A stretch of DNA of 52,909 nucleotides, filler included, from Catajapyx aquilonaris (lineage: Eukaryota): the NCBI GenBank assembly GCA_000934665.2. It is 3 parts of 3 records of this genome, joined end to end, with 100 filler letters (N's around TTAATTAATTAA, not from the genome) between each part and the next. Parts side by side here need not be neighbours in the genome. Positions count along the whole stretch, not along the records: positions 1 to 17,575 come from JYFJ02006915.1; positions 17,676 to 35,238 come from JYFJ02006916.1; 1 more part is not named here. One strand, 5' to 3'. The position numbers and the translations under genes are program-made. How positions within the stretch are numbered: position 1 is the stretch's first letter; each line of letters begins with the position of its first letter. Positions 9,901 through 20,600 of the stretch are shown here, in pieces. The notes beneath the pieces were generated by a model. That model ran no database searches and was not told the DNA's origin. It worked only from the letters and a program-made list of their open reading frames with translations.

Positions 9901-11735
9901 TTGCCGTATGAGTATCATGTATACGAAAACTGTACGTCTTTGTCATATGTTAAGAGCCTGGAGTAAGCAGTTCCAAGAGGGTCTGCGGTGATTACAGGCC
10001 AGGCAACCAAACTGCTTACTCCAGGCTCTAACACATGACAAAGACATACAGTTCGTACATGGTACACATACAGCTACTGATTTCTGTACTCCCTACACCT
10101 TCTGCGGTTCAAAAACGGATTGCAGCTAGCTGCTCAACATTCGCTGCTTCCATATCTGACTAGACTGTCTGTTTGACAGGGGCCCCTGAACAAAAGCACA
10201 CTGCCACTCTGTCTGATTGAATTTCCACTTGTTAGTGTGTCATAATAAACATTGGTACCACCTTAGTTTTATGTACAAGGGCCATACGAAAATGATCTAC
10301 AGTTTATTTTTTCCCCACAAATACAGTGCCCATGCAGGTCAGCAGATAGTGACACATTATAGATAGAGTCCTCCTGGAGCCGAATGCCGTACCACCACAG
10401 GTGTGCCAACCTCTCCAGGCCCTCCAGGAACCACTTTTTGGAGGTGCGGCGCACCCACTACTAGACATCTGCTCAGTCAACAATTGTAAACAATGTCCTC
10501 GAAATGGCATCGGCGAAGGTTTTTTTACTGGATCTGGGTTTGGGTGCTTCCACACCCACCGTACTCACCTGACGTGGCATCCAGTAACTTTCACCTGTTC
10601 AGAGACATGAAAAACCCTCTTTGCCAACGCCATGTTGAGGATTTTGTTGACTGTAAGCAGTTGTCCGATAGTGGGTGCGCTGGACCTCCAAAAAGTTGTT
10701 CCTGCAGGGCACGGAGAGGTTCCACACCCATGACTCCTGTGTATTCAGCTCCAGGAGGTTTGTATCGATAGGCCTAATGTGTGCAGATCTGTCGACCTGT
10801 ACAGGCACTGTATTTCTGGCAAAAAAATTTATTGTAAATCATTTTAGTACGGCCCTCATCGAAGATGTTGCCAGACACCCTCTGGAAATTGGATACATGA
10901 ACATGGCTCGTTTTCATTTGAATGACCCTTACACAGGGTGAAGGAATTCTCACGGACAATCGCCAGGTAGACTGATAGTACTCGCAAAAGTAATACAGTA
11001 TAGGGATGTGCAGTTAGTTTTGGGCGCCATTGCGTAGCATATGCGTACGGCACTTTTCAAGTTTCATGACGTCACATCTGCTCCACCAGTTTCAAAGAAG
11101 CAAAAATCAGCTCGAGGACCTCCAAATAATCCGGCCTTGGTACCCTAACGCATCATCCATGTGCAATAGGTGATTCAAATCCCGTCAGAGTAAGAATCCG
11201 GGTATGACACCCATGCACTTTGTCGTTGTTTACCTCATATGCTACCATCTGCCACTCTTCACTTGAACGGCGCTGTAGGCCTACACATCAACTACACAAT
11301 GGCGCCCAAAACTACTGGCACATCCCTATATGTTTTACAAGTACTATCAGTCTACTTGGCGATTGGCCATGAGAATCTCGTCACCCTGTATAGGGTTCCA
11401 TATTATCCGTGGGTTTCACTTATGCACAGGGGGTCTTGGAACCAATTACCCACAGACAACAGAGACTCACTGTACTCCAACAGGAACTCCGTACTCCGTT
11501 GAAAAGCTCAAGTATAATGCCACAAACAAAACACCTTCTGAGTGGCTGTTTCACTTTCTTACCCCTACTTGTGTAAACATTTAAAATTTAAAATCCTCTC
11601 TTCAGAATGCAACTGTTGACACACCAACCTCTTTCATTCTTTGTGCATACACCACAGCCTGAGCATCCAGTTCCGCTTGCATTTTTGCTCTTGCCTGCTC
11701 CATAGCAACTCGATGCATTCCAACTTGATCTTCAT
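6928..11735 (-). CDS. SELENOS: Selenoprotein S (SelS/VIMP), last two coding exons (11735-11629, 7173-6928); Sec encoded by in-frame TGA at 6936-6934
   Basis: Manual translation with canonical AG/GT sites. Exon 11735-11629 gives (x)EDQVGMHRVAMEQARAKMQAELDAQAVVYAQRMKE. It joins in phase 0 to exon 7173-6928: REEEKRQERIKEWEKHQLGQGYHSKTKAASSQESSTSGGLGSARKERKSTMRPDYNPLMGGGPSGSSFRPCRRGPSSGG-TGA-G-TAA. This matches the SelS hallmarks (AR.KMQ.EL.AQ coiled coil, EEEKR..I.W, YNPL, RRGPSSGGUG). I could not locate the N-terminal/TM exons. Confidence 0.93.
7252..7481. mobile_element. hAT (Charlie-like) MITE
   Basis: TIRs CAGTGGTTCCCA / TGGGAACCACTG and an imperfect 8-bp TSD gtttaagt/gtttcagg. Confidence 0.7.
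7710..8140 (+). mobile_element. Old tRNA-derived SINE interrupted by a Harbinger-type MITE (about 7774-7996)
   Basis: The head ggtggtgtagtgggtatcaccacagcctttcacctct and the tail ggcttttcttggggtcctcctgtttcct...caaaatccatca resemble the SINE at 8620-8878. The inserted hairpin has TIRs aggtgcattcacatatc/gatatgtgaatgcacct. Confidence 0.65.
8251..8605 (-). mobile_element. tRNA-derived SINE (family B) with a (TAAA)n tail
   Basis: Minus-strand head GGAGGTGCGGTGGCCGAGATGGTAA (A box), a degenerate B box GGGTCATTCCC and a TAAA tail. Flanked by gggtttgaaaata direct repeats. Confidence 0.6.
8620..8878 (-). mobile_element. tRNA-derived SINE (family A) with a V-SINE-like central domain
   Basis: GGGCGACACGGTGGCGGAGTGGTTAGC (A box), GAGTTCGATTCC (B box), GTGTGGGTTTTCTCAGGGTTCTCCCGTTTCCTCCC core, an (ATT)n tail and TSD gggtttgaaaata. 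Confidence 0.8.
8914..9450. mobile_element. Tc1/mariner MITE with ~200-bp inverted arms
   Basis: TA|CAGGGTGTTTCTTAC...GTAAGAAATACCCTG|TA. ORFs 8936-9163(-) and 9251-9436(+) arise from the mirrored arms. Confidence 0.85.
9697..10275. pseudogene. Palindrome of two inverted mariner transposase 5' fragments
   Basis: From 9824 the plus strand reads MDAMKVDHRAVIHF*TAEGVGSAEIHCRMSIMY then, after frameshifts, ...RAWSKQFQEG, which fits a mariner HTH N-terminus. A reverse-complement copy lies at about 10020-10160. Confidence 0.7.
10276..10858. pseudogene. Palindromic mariner derivative made of two 3' ends, with a catalytic-motif remnant
   Basis: TIRs tacaagggccatacgaaaatgat / atcattttagtacggccctc. 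The PHPPYSPDVASSNFHLF remnant corresponds to the mariner YSPDLAPSD.HLF motif. The C-terminal WVR..SKK.FL.G.ER peptide occurs once on each strand. Confidence 0.8.
10934..11388 (+). mobile_element. Tc1/mariner MITE (CAGGGTG TIR)
   Basis: CAGGGTGA...TCACCCTG|TA with about 110-bp inverted arms. Confidence 0.8.
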
Positions 11736-12889
11736 CTAAAAAGAGTAGATCAGAGAAGTGTGAAAAACACTGCATCATTGTTTAGAATGCACTTAAATAC
11801 ATAACCCTTTTACACTTACACAGGAAATATCACAATAATAGGGTGTTCCTAAGCTCGCAAGAATTGGTCATAGTGAAAGCGTGAGCAAGAACAACAAGCC
11901 AATTCTTGAACCTCATTTGTCCATTGAATCATTCTCTCACTGAAAGTCTCAAATTCCCTCCAAAACTCTCTTCTCACAAGCTTGGGTACACTCCTTTAGT
12001 ACTTGCAGCAGTGCCATACCAATGCATGAAATTTTTTGTCCCTCTTAATGAAACAAAAAAAAAAATCTTGAATATTTTCAGAGAGACTTTTGTTCTAAGC
12101 ATAGTTCTAAAACATGCAACAATACATTTGATAGGGGGACCTTATTTTGGCCTCATTGTCTTGCTGGATAAGCATTTTGGACAGGAAATATCATCATCAG
12201 AGAGGATTTGAGCCAAAATTATGCAGAGAGAAGCAACAGGAGAGTGGGAAACAAATAAGGTGAAACAAATGACATCAACTTTGATCATACTGTATGACCA
12301 TTACTAGGATGCAGTGGCACGATGGCAGATCAGAAGCAGAGTAGACTTGGCATGTCTGGCTCCCAATGCGGTAATTATGGCAAGATGCATTATAAAAGGT
12401 TAGAAGCAACGTTGAATTTTTAAAATGGAGGTGACATGTTGTTACTACTGTTGCCACATATGAAGCCTGGATAGGCCTCACCTCCTGCCAAAGATCACCC
12501 CCCACTGCAACTCCGTTTTTTTCATATAGGTTTCCCCCGTCAGATCCCCGTGACCTTAGAGCGGCATATCAGTAGTTAGCTAGGTTGCTTCGTCAGTTTA
12601 GTTTCTGCGCTTGGCCCGTTCCTTCAGTTACTTCAACCAACAATTGGCACACAGCGAATCTGGTGGCGGAACACGGAGGAACAAGACTCCCAAACCACCC
12701 ATTCAAATCTAGTAGGCATGGTCTGTTCGTTCCTTTGCATTGGGGCCTGTTCGCATCCACCTTCTCATGATCAGTTCTAATAATAGCAATAATTTTTGCC
12801 CCAGTGGGGTAGTGTCGCTTCTCAATTTAGTGTATCAGCGGCCAGGTGGGATTCGAAAGATTCACGTGATAAGGGGGCAAGTTTCCAGA

Positions 12890-13323
12890 CCTGTAAAATT
12901 CGTGGCTAATCGCCAGGTAAACTTATAGTACTTGCAAAACTAATATAGGGATGTGCAATGAGTTTTTGGTTCCATTGTGTAGTTAATGCATATGGCGGCT
13001 TTAAAGTGTAGAGGGCCAGATGGTAAAATACGAGGTACAAACGACAAAGTGCACAGGTGTCGTACCCGGATTCTTACTCTGACAGGATTTGATCACCTAT
13101 TGCCCATGGACTATATGTTAGGGGACCAAGGCAAGGGACCGGAGGCCCTCGAGCTGACTTTTGCTTCTCTGAAGCTGGCAGAACAGATGTGACATCACGA
13201 AACTTCGACGGCGGCGTATGCATTAACTATGTAACGGAGCCCAAAACTGATTGCATCCTTATATTCGTTTTACGAGTACTATCAGTCTACCTGGCGATTG
13301 TCTGCAAGTTTCCCTTTGCCCTG
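12890..13323 (-). mobile_element. Second copy of the 10934-11388 MITE, in inverted orientation
   Basis: Internal acccggattcttactctgac and gagctgacttttgcttct are reverse complements of sequence in 11090-11230. It ends CCCTG|TA; the left boundary is approximate. Confidence 0.75.
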
Positions 13324-13329
13324 TATACA

Positions 13330-13760
13330 CAGGGTGCAGAAATTTAATCTACCGTCCCTTGGGAAATGATAGAGGAGTTCTAGGTGATCACTTTGAGTAT
13401 ATGCAACATGGGTCTCCGACACATAGTTACCGAGATAATGAGCATTAAATAAAAAGTGCATTATCTCAGCTTGTAGGTTTCAGATACTGCTTACGACACT
13501 TCCATCGCCTAGGACATTCTCTGCTACACCTAACAGTATCGTAAATTAAAATTAAATAACATGGTAAGACCTTAAATTTAAATAAAAAAGGTAAGGTCAC
13601 GTGGAGGGATCCATACGTGCCAGGATATTTCATACCTTGTGCTTCTAGCACATTATCTCAATAACTATGCGTCGGAGACCCATATTGCATATACTAAGTG
13701 ATTGCCTAGAACCCATATATCATTTCCCAAAGAGACGGTAGATTAAATTCCCGCACCCAG
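13330..13760. mobile_element. Tc1/mariner MITE
   Basis: CAGGGTGCAGAAATTTAATCTACCGTC...GACGGTAGATTAAATTCCCGCACCCAG|TA with about 110-bp arms. Confidence 0.8.
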
Positions 13761-14762
13761 TATACACACACGCCTCGACCGTGCCCAGCATTGTTGCCAA
13801 AAGTAGAAGGTGTGAGATATGAATCCATGCATACAGTACTTATGTTCCCACATGTAAATAGGCCCTAACAGGATTGCACCTCTAGGCAATACAGCCGGGA
13901 AATGTGATGAAGTGCTACTCCAATGCTATGCCTCTTTATAAGCTTTTCCTGACACTATGAATGTATTTCCGAAGCTCAATTTTCAGTGGGTGGAGCCTAC
14001 GCAGGCTTCATTCGTGGCAACAGTAATAATAATGTTACATCAGCTCTACTCCCCATCTCTCCCACCTCTCAAACTGGAAAACTTGTCATTATAGATGATG
14101 TTACTAATCGCCCTGCAATGTGATGGAGAGCAAAATAACCTAACTGATATTTAAAAGTGATTGTAATGTAAATATAGTTACAGGGTCACTGTCAAAAAAA
14201 TAATAATAATAATAATTGAGATCGTATTTTCCAACATCTCATGACCTTCAAAAACCTTGCCTATGAAAATGAAGCATTTTTAGGATCCCTAACCGCAAGA
14301 TACCGGTATGTATTTTCAAAGTTTGAAACCAGTGGGGATCACATAACTGCAGGTGACGTCATGAATAACCAATGTCAGCAATGCAATGGAAGCATTGCCT
14401 ATCCATGTGCTTGTGGCTGTTGTTGCTATTCACAACCAGATATCTAATGCTTTTTGCTGTCAGATGTGACTGCATCCAAAGTGGAGGATCTCATCTAGCT
14501 TAGGCCAGGAGCTAATCATGCAATTGCGGTGTGATGTCGACCCGATTTGTTGCATCGAGACAGGATGCGCACACAACTTTCGGCCAATATGTCACATTGC
14601 ATGACAGAAGCAAATCATGCTGTATTTCGATGCGATCGATGCGGAATTGCAGTACAGTACTCCAGAATTTGAGGGAAGTAATAATCCTCATAGTTCATGA
14701 ATGAAGTCATTCTTGATAATTTTCCATGGGCCTGTGATGACAGGCCATACTGCCATCCGAAG

Positions 14763-15379
14763 CAGGGGCGTAACAAGACTCTTGGGGGCCCTGGGGCAAA
14801 AAGGTTCGCGGGCCCCCTCCATAGTAATACGCAGCAGTGGGGGATCCAGGAATTTTTCTGGGGGGGGGGATCAAGGCCCGCCGCAGGCGAAATTTCTTTC
14901 GGTTCAAGGTCACAACCCTTCCTCGCGACCCCAAATTTGGAGTCACGACCGCAAAATTGCACTGTTCTAGAGGGTTTTTGCGAGTATTCCACCCGTTTTT
15001 TTTCTTTTGTTCCTTTTTTCTTCCTTTTTGCCCCCCCCCCCCCAAATCCGCCACTGGTAATACGTAATGATTACGTATAAGCTAACTATTAATGTAATGA
15101 TTTCTCATTTTCATTGTTTTTGTGCCATACTGATTACTGACACTGTCACTGCGAGAGTCTGACAGCGAGATAGTACGAGCTAAGACCCCGAATTGATTGG
15201 ATCGAACTCGCTTTCTTACGTCTTATAGAATATAGAACATAGGTTATAGACGTTACGTCTATTATGGATTTGTGGGTTTCCTCAAAATTTTCTAAAACTC
15301 GTCGGAAAATTTGGGGGCCCCTTTGCTCGGGGGCCCTGGGGCAGCCGCCCCACCTGCCCCTATGGTAGTTACGCCACTG
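14763..15379. mobile_element. hAT MITE with a perfect 8-bp TSD, containing a nested hAT MITE (14832-15056)
   Basis: Outer: TSD atccgaag at 14755-14762 and 15380-15387, TIRs CAGGGGCGTAAC/GTTACGCCACTG. Inner: TSD gtaatacg at 14824-14831 and 15057-15064, TIRs CAGTGGGGGAT/ATCCGCCACTG. Confidence 0.85.
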
Positions 15380-15383
15380 ATCC

Positions 15384-15531
15384 GAAGGAGAAACACTCTA
15401 ACTGCAAAACTAGTAAGGGTGAAGGTCGTGTGCACGCCCTGCACTAATCCCCCTGACTCAGGAGGGATTAGTGCAGGACATGCATGCGACTTTCACCCTC
15501 ACTAGTTTTGCAGTTAGGGTGTTTCTCCTTG
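15384..15531. repeat. Short hairpin element (about 70-bp arms)
   Basis: aaggagaaacactctaactgcaaaactagt...actagttttgcagttagggtgtttctcctt. Confidence 0.75.
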
Positions 15532-16824
15532 GGTCAGCATCACAGACAACATACTATACACACAAGGCCAAAAATGTATGTGAAAGTTTCAAGCACTGCT
15601 CTAATCCAATTGATGGATCAATGCCGTGGCAAGATCGTACTGTACTATCAGTCACAGTAAACGTGGCTGTGGTCCCACATACTCGGATTTGCTGAAAGCA
15701 TAAAGCCAATTCATAGCACGACCAGGCAACGACTCAATAACGAGCCTTAAAAAACAAAACAACATTTTAAAATATTTGCTCCATAATAAACCAATCCCTT
15801 TAGGTATTACATATTACTGGTGTTTGTGTACGACCCATGCCCCATGAGCTACTGGTACGACGTCGCCGGTACGTCACAGTTTGGTACAGGTATAATACCA
15901 ATATTTATTTACTTATTCCCAGCAAGTCACTACGGGCTCCTATGCTTGCGGGGGCCCTGGGCAGCTGCCCAGTGTGCCCACGAGTTAAAAGACAACAATA
16001 AAATGCCATTAAAGCCTCCTCTGCCTTGAAGATTCACTCTGACCCCATATTGAAAATTGCTTGCAACGGGGGGAGTTTTCAAGCAGTGTTTGAAACCTGT
16101 GACGTCACCCGAAAGTGGCATGCGCAGCTTGTTCATGCAACCAGTCGCTGCGATGTCGCACCGAAATTGCATGATTGGTGCCCGGCCTTAGGCTACTGTA
16201 GCATTTCCAGGGTCATGAAGCTCAAATATGACTCTAGCTTGAATAGAAATGGTTCACAATAATTGAGAAGATCGGGGCACAGTATTTCAGTAGGGCTGAC
16301 CAATGGTTAAAATTTTTATTCCTCCTCTTTAAATCACTTCTGCGTACGTTCACCGACACCAAGTTCATCATAAGTAGGCCTACTGTATCAGGCACTTCGT
16401 CGAGACAAAACTGTATATCCTTGATGAGGAAAATAAAGGTCCGTGCGAAACCCTTGTGAGGGTATGCACTACATCCATAAATATTGTATAATTAATAAAT
16501 AATTGGGAAACTACTTCCGCGCCTGTGCACAAACACGACATAAGCCAGAGGTTCTCAAACTGTGGGGCACGCCTCCTGGGGGGTTGAGAAGGGGTGGCAG
16601 GGGCCAGGGGGTGCGCGGGGCAAATCCAAAAAGTATAGTAGATAGCCCCCTAACGTGTCAGGGTGGGGGTTTCTGGCAACGCCCCCTCTTGCCCCCCGCC
16701 GCTCCCTACCTCCTCTACCCCCTACTTCCCACTGCCTTCTACGGCCTTCTACGTCACATCCCTCCGCCACGCGGACCTCTTAAGCCCTACTGTGATGACA
16801 ATTAAACTTGGAAATATTGCTTAC

Positions 16825-17020
16825 GTGAATTGTTGCGACACACATCTTAAAGCAAACCTTTAATGACAATATATGAACACATGTATTTCAAGCATCCGGC
16901 CTAGCATCCAGCGGAGCATCCAGCGAAAGTTCCGGTCACATGTTCCGGTAAATGTCACTCATGCCCACTTCACCTTGACTCCTCCATTCCCCCCATCCCA
17001 ATCCAGGCACGCCATTGGCT
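16825..17020 (-). promoter_or_regulatory. Candidate housekeeping-type promoter and first exon (possibly of SELENOS)
   Basis: Minus-strand AGCCAATGGC (NF-Y CCAAT box) at 17020-17011, two CCGGAA ETS-type motifs (16948-16943, 16935-16930) and a splice donor CAC|GTAAGC at 16825/16824, all on the SELENOS strand. The assignment to SELENOS is inference. Confidence 0.3.
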
Positions 17021-17273
17021 GGGAGTGTTGGGTGGGTGGACTGACAAGTTAACCCGCCGGGGACTATGAACTATGACTATGACTATGGGGTGACTTGAAA
17101 CAGACACAAAAGTCGCATTGATTAGGTAAGAACTACTTCTCATAGCTTACTGTAACGTGCAGTTCTACACAATTTGTGCAGTTCTAAAAGCCAAATGTCA
17201 GTTCTGAGTAAGATTTGTACAGTCAGAAAATAGCAGACAAGTCTGTTATATCTGGATTCAACTGCACTTGTAC

Positions 17274-17413
17274 TATCAGTCCACCAAGAATTATCGTAGC
17301 GGCAGCGCACGAACTACAGTTACGAGCACTTCTGGGGGGAGAAGTCAATGGAGAAGTGCTCGTAGACTGTAGTTCGTGCGCTGCCGCTACGACAATTCTT
17401 GGTGGACTGATAG
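17274..17413. repeat. Short hairpin element / MITE (about 60-bp arms)
   Basis: ctatcagtccaccaagaatt.tcgtagcggcagcgcacgaactacagt paired with its near-exact reverse complement. Confidence 0.75.
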
Positions 17414-17575
17414 GACATTGGCACTGCTGGAAATATGAAGGGACCGACCTTTCTACTTGCTTATATCCAATGTGCTTACAGTATAGGACGATTCCACTGT
17501 ACTTTGTCAGTTATTACATTCACCTAAGCGAGTGTGATCTTGAACTTTAAGAAAGTTTTTCCCGCCTGTGGCGGG

Positions 17576-17675
17576 NNNNNNNNNNNNNNNNNNNNNNNNN
17601 NNNNNNNNNNNNNNNNNNNTTAATTAATTAANNNNNNNNNNNNNNNNNNNNNNNNNNNNNNNNNNNNNNNNNNNN
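17576..17675. other. Artificial assembly linker (N44-TTAATTAATTAA-N44)
   Basis: A 100-nt gap with a six-frame-stop palindrome in the centre. Confidence 0.95.
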
Positions 17676-20600
17676 TTCACTCTTTCGGAGGATGAAATGA
17701 ACTAAAAGAGTTGTTTTAACTCCAGCAAAGAGTTATTATAACTCATTTTAGGTAATGACCACTTTCAAGGTTTAAAAGAGTTAATTTAACTCTTATTTTT
17801 TTAGAGAGTAGATAGAGAGATGTGGACTAATTATGTAGGATCCATCTTTTCAGTAACCTTTTTTTTGAGGAAATTGTTTTTCTAACAGGTTCAATTTTTA
17901 TACCTAGAGTCCTAAAGTCATTGCATGTTTTTCATATAGGATAACAGCTATTAGTGCTTGCTTTTCAACCTCAGGCAATTGTTCCGCCCTTTTCAGCTTA
18001 TTACTAATTGCAACAGATATGCCTGTTTAATAAAAAACACTTTTGAGAAGCACGGCATATATCAGCAATTATCAATGCTTTACGACTCATTTAGAAATAA
18101 ACATAGCAAAAAAAAGAAATTCCAATCATGCAACTCCAGGATCATCCAGCAAGTTATTATAGGCGTAACAAATGTAATATATGCTGTCATTATTTTTTTA
18201 ATACTATTGCTTTCCTTTTAATCCACGCGTGCTACGCACAAACACTCTATTTACAAAACAGCTCCGCGTGTCCTTTGCGTCAAAAGTCAGATCGGGGAGA
18301 TGGCAGGCTATCATTATGATAGCCTAATAATGTTTTTCGTCGCATTTACAAGGTGAGAAAACGTCACGGTTGCAAACAAATTAGGGTCGTGCTTCGAGAG
18401 TGAGGAAGAGGAAAGCAAAGGGGGGTGAAAGGGGGGGAAAAAAAGCTACTCGCGAAATGAAGGAACGTATTTTCGATGGACAAGGTCAAACGCGACCTTG
18501 ATCAAATTGACCTTGCATTCCGGCATGAGGTTGCCTTCATGATGCTAATGACCAATGAGTACCTCCACCCCCCCACCCGCTGTTTCCATGTCCAACTATC
18601 TCCAAATGGGTGTCCTTATTTCTCAGCTTTTGTTTTTATGAGTGAAGTGTGCTGTTTACCTCCTGGCCTTAAGTACAGTAAAACCAAAACATTCCACAAG
18701 GATGGCACATCATAGTCAATAGGACCTATTTGCTCTTCTTGATGTCCCACACGTTTGAAGCTCGGTAATGAGGCTATGGAAACCAAATTATACGCCTACA
18801 CAAATTGCTCCTCTTTTGTCTCCAGGAGTTCACCCTCAAAGTTTGTCGGTATTATTACGGAACACTCAGTATTTGTATGGGAGGGGGGAACGCCCTCCTG
18901 ATCACCCTATACATAACCATTTCCTCATCATGACCCCTGAGGTTGTAACCATTATAACTTGGGTATCGATAGCTTCAAATCTTTTGCCACTAGTCGAGGG
19001 CAGATAAGGCGACAGTCAGTGTGACAGAGTTCTTCCCTCCTTACACTGTGTACTGATTTGTTGTGCAATACCACACAGTATAATTACCTCCAAAAAACCA
19101 ACCTGGAAAAACCTCTGTAGTGTAACTTACTTTAAAAATTTAAAAAACTGACTTCAGACATGTAAAAAAATTACTTCATTAAATTCTCCCGCCAACATTG
19201 TTTCATAAGAACCTTTTGCATCACACCTGTTCACACAATTTAAAGTATCTTGGAGACATGACCTCTCTTTACTATAGCAGGTATTGATAGTAATGTCTGA
19301 CAATTCGTGATGCTAGGTACTTATTCGCAGGACCAGGTTGTTAAAAAGAAGTCGTAAATGCCTTTGCAGCCTAATCAGCGTCTCTCGCTCTCAACATACA
19401 TACTCTTTGTGTAATCGTTAAATAAATAACAAGGGAAGAAATGAGGATTCCCCGGTTCGGATCCTGTTTCGCAGATGTTGAGCTACTTGACGTAGGATTA
19501 CGTCATGAGTGCTTCCTACATGCAATATTTATTTTTATAAATGAGCTTTGTGCATGAATGTCACTCCAAGAGGCGACTGTAAACGAGAATGGGATACCGC
19601 TACCGTTTACATTATACACTGCACCACGAAGGTAAGCAATCTACGTCAATCGAGACTGCTGCAATATCAAAGCTTATATCGCATATCCCTTGGCGAAACG
19701 ATTGTCGAAGCGACCTTGTCAGGGATTGACCTAATTTATTCTCGTTGACAAACAACAACATTGCAAGCGTACTTCCGGCTATGCAATCAAATGGAAGAAT
19801 TTGCCCCGTGGGAAAAGATTACGTTAACATATATGCGTATAGGGCTTCATCTTCTGGGCCCACTATCAAGAGAAATGATTGGTATTTTACAAATTGATAT
19901 CTCAACAATCAAAAGTGTAACAACATTTACCATGGGTGGTATCAAAATACTGATTACCTGCATGTTACGAAATCATTGCATTGCAGAGATCCTTTCGAAC
20001 ATGTTTCGTCTTATTAGACATAAGTATTAAGTGAAAAACCTCATAATAAAACATCATTTGCAATAAATGCAAAATTCTCAATTTTTTCAACAAATCAAAC
20101 CCAAATAAAAATCATGTTTTATACCCAACCAGCAGGTCCATACACTGAATATCAAATTCCCCCCAAATTTCATCCAGAGTGACCACCTGACCATCTCCCG
20201 GAGATGGAACCCTCCGAGGCAGGTGGGACCACTGTCCCCCACACGACCTTGCCCTGAAACAAAGCCCCCACTCTCCCTCCTCTCCACCCTGGCTGGGCTA
20301 ATGACCTTTCTCACAGCAACCACTCTGGCGGATACCCACTCGGAAATGACCACACCAGAGAACCAGAATCCCCGGAGTTTGTTATCTCCCGGCGGTCATT
20401 GCAGAGAGGCCGCAAGTCCACACACACATGCACCAAAAAAAATCCTCAACGGAACGGTCATGTCCATCGTAGTCAGGAGGCTGCTGCATGGACCAGGATT
20501 GCAGGAAAAGCATGTACGTAAGAGAGAAAAAAAGGAGATAGGTAAGGTGTTAAGGGGGATGTTGCCTATTAAGGAATGAAGCTGGGAGGCTGCTGCCGCA

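Larger units (their letters stand above)
9635..10930. mobile_element. Tc1/mariner-type element whose arms enclose two mariner-derived palindromes
   Basis: attcaaatgaaaacgagccatg...aatttccaga at about 9635-9696 is the reverse complement of tctggaaatt...catggctcgttttcatttgaat at about 10864-10925. Confidence 0.6.
8183..11472. mobile_element. Tigger/pogo-like MITE hosting multiple nested insertions
   Basis: TA|CAGTGAGTC at 8181-8191 and GACTCACTG|TA at 11464-11474. The subterminal tatccgtgggtttcactta...gggtcttggaac resembles Tigger-type MITE ends. Confidence 0.6.

Noticed and set aside
11736..16824. Candidate SelS N-terminal/transmembrane exons (donors near 11819, 12020, 12481, 13833)
   Set aside because: None gave an open phase-1 frame with the expected (Y/N)GW-led TM segment. 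The exons may be diverged, missed by eye, or beyond the contig.
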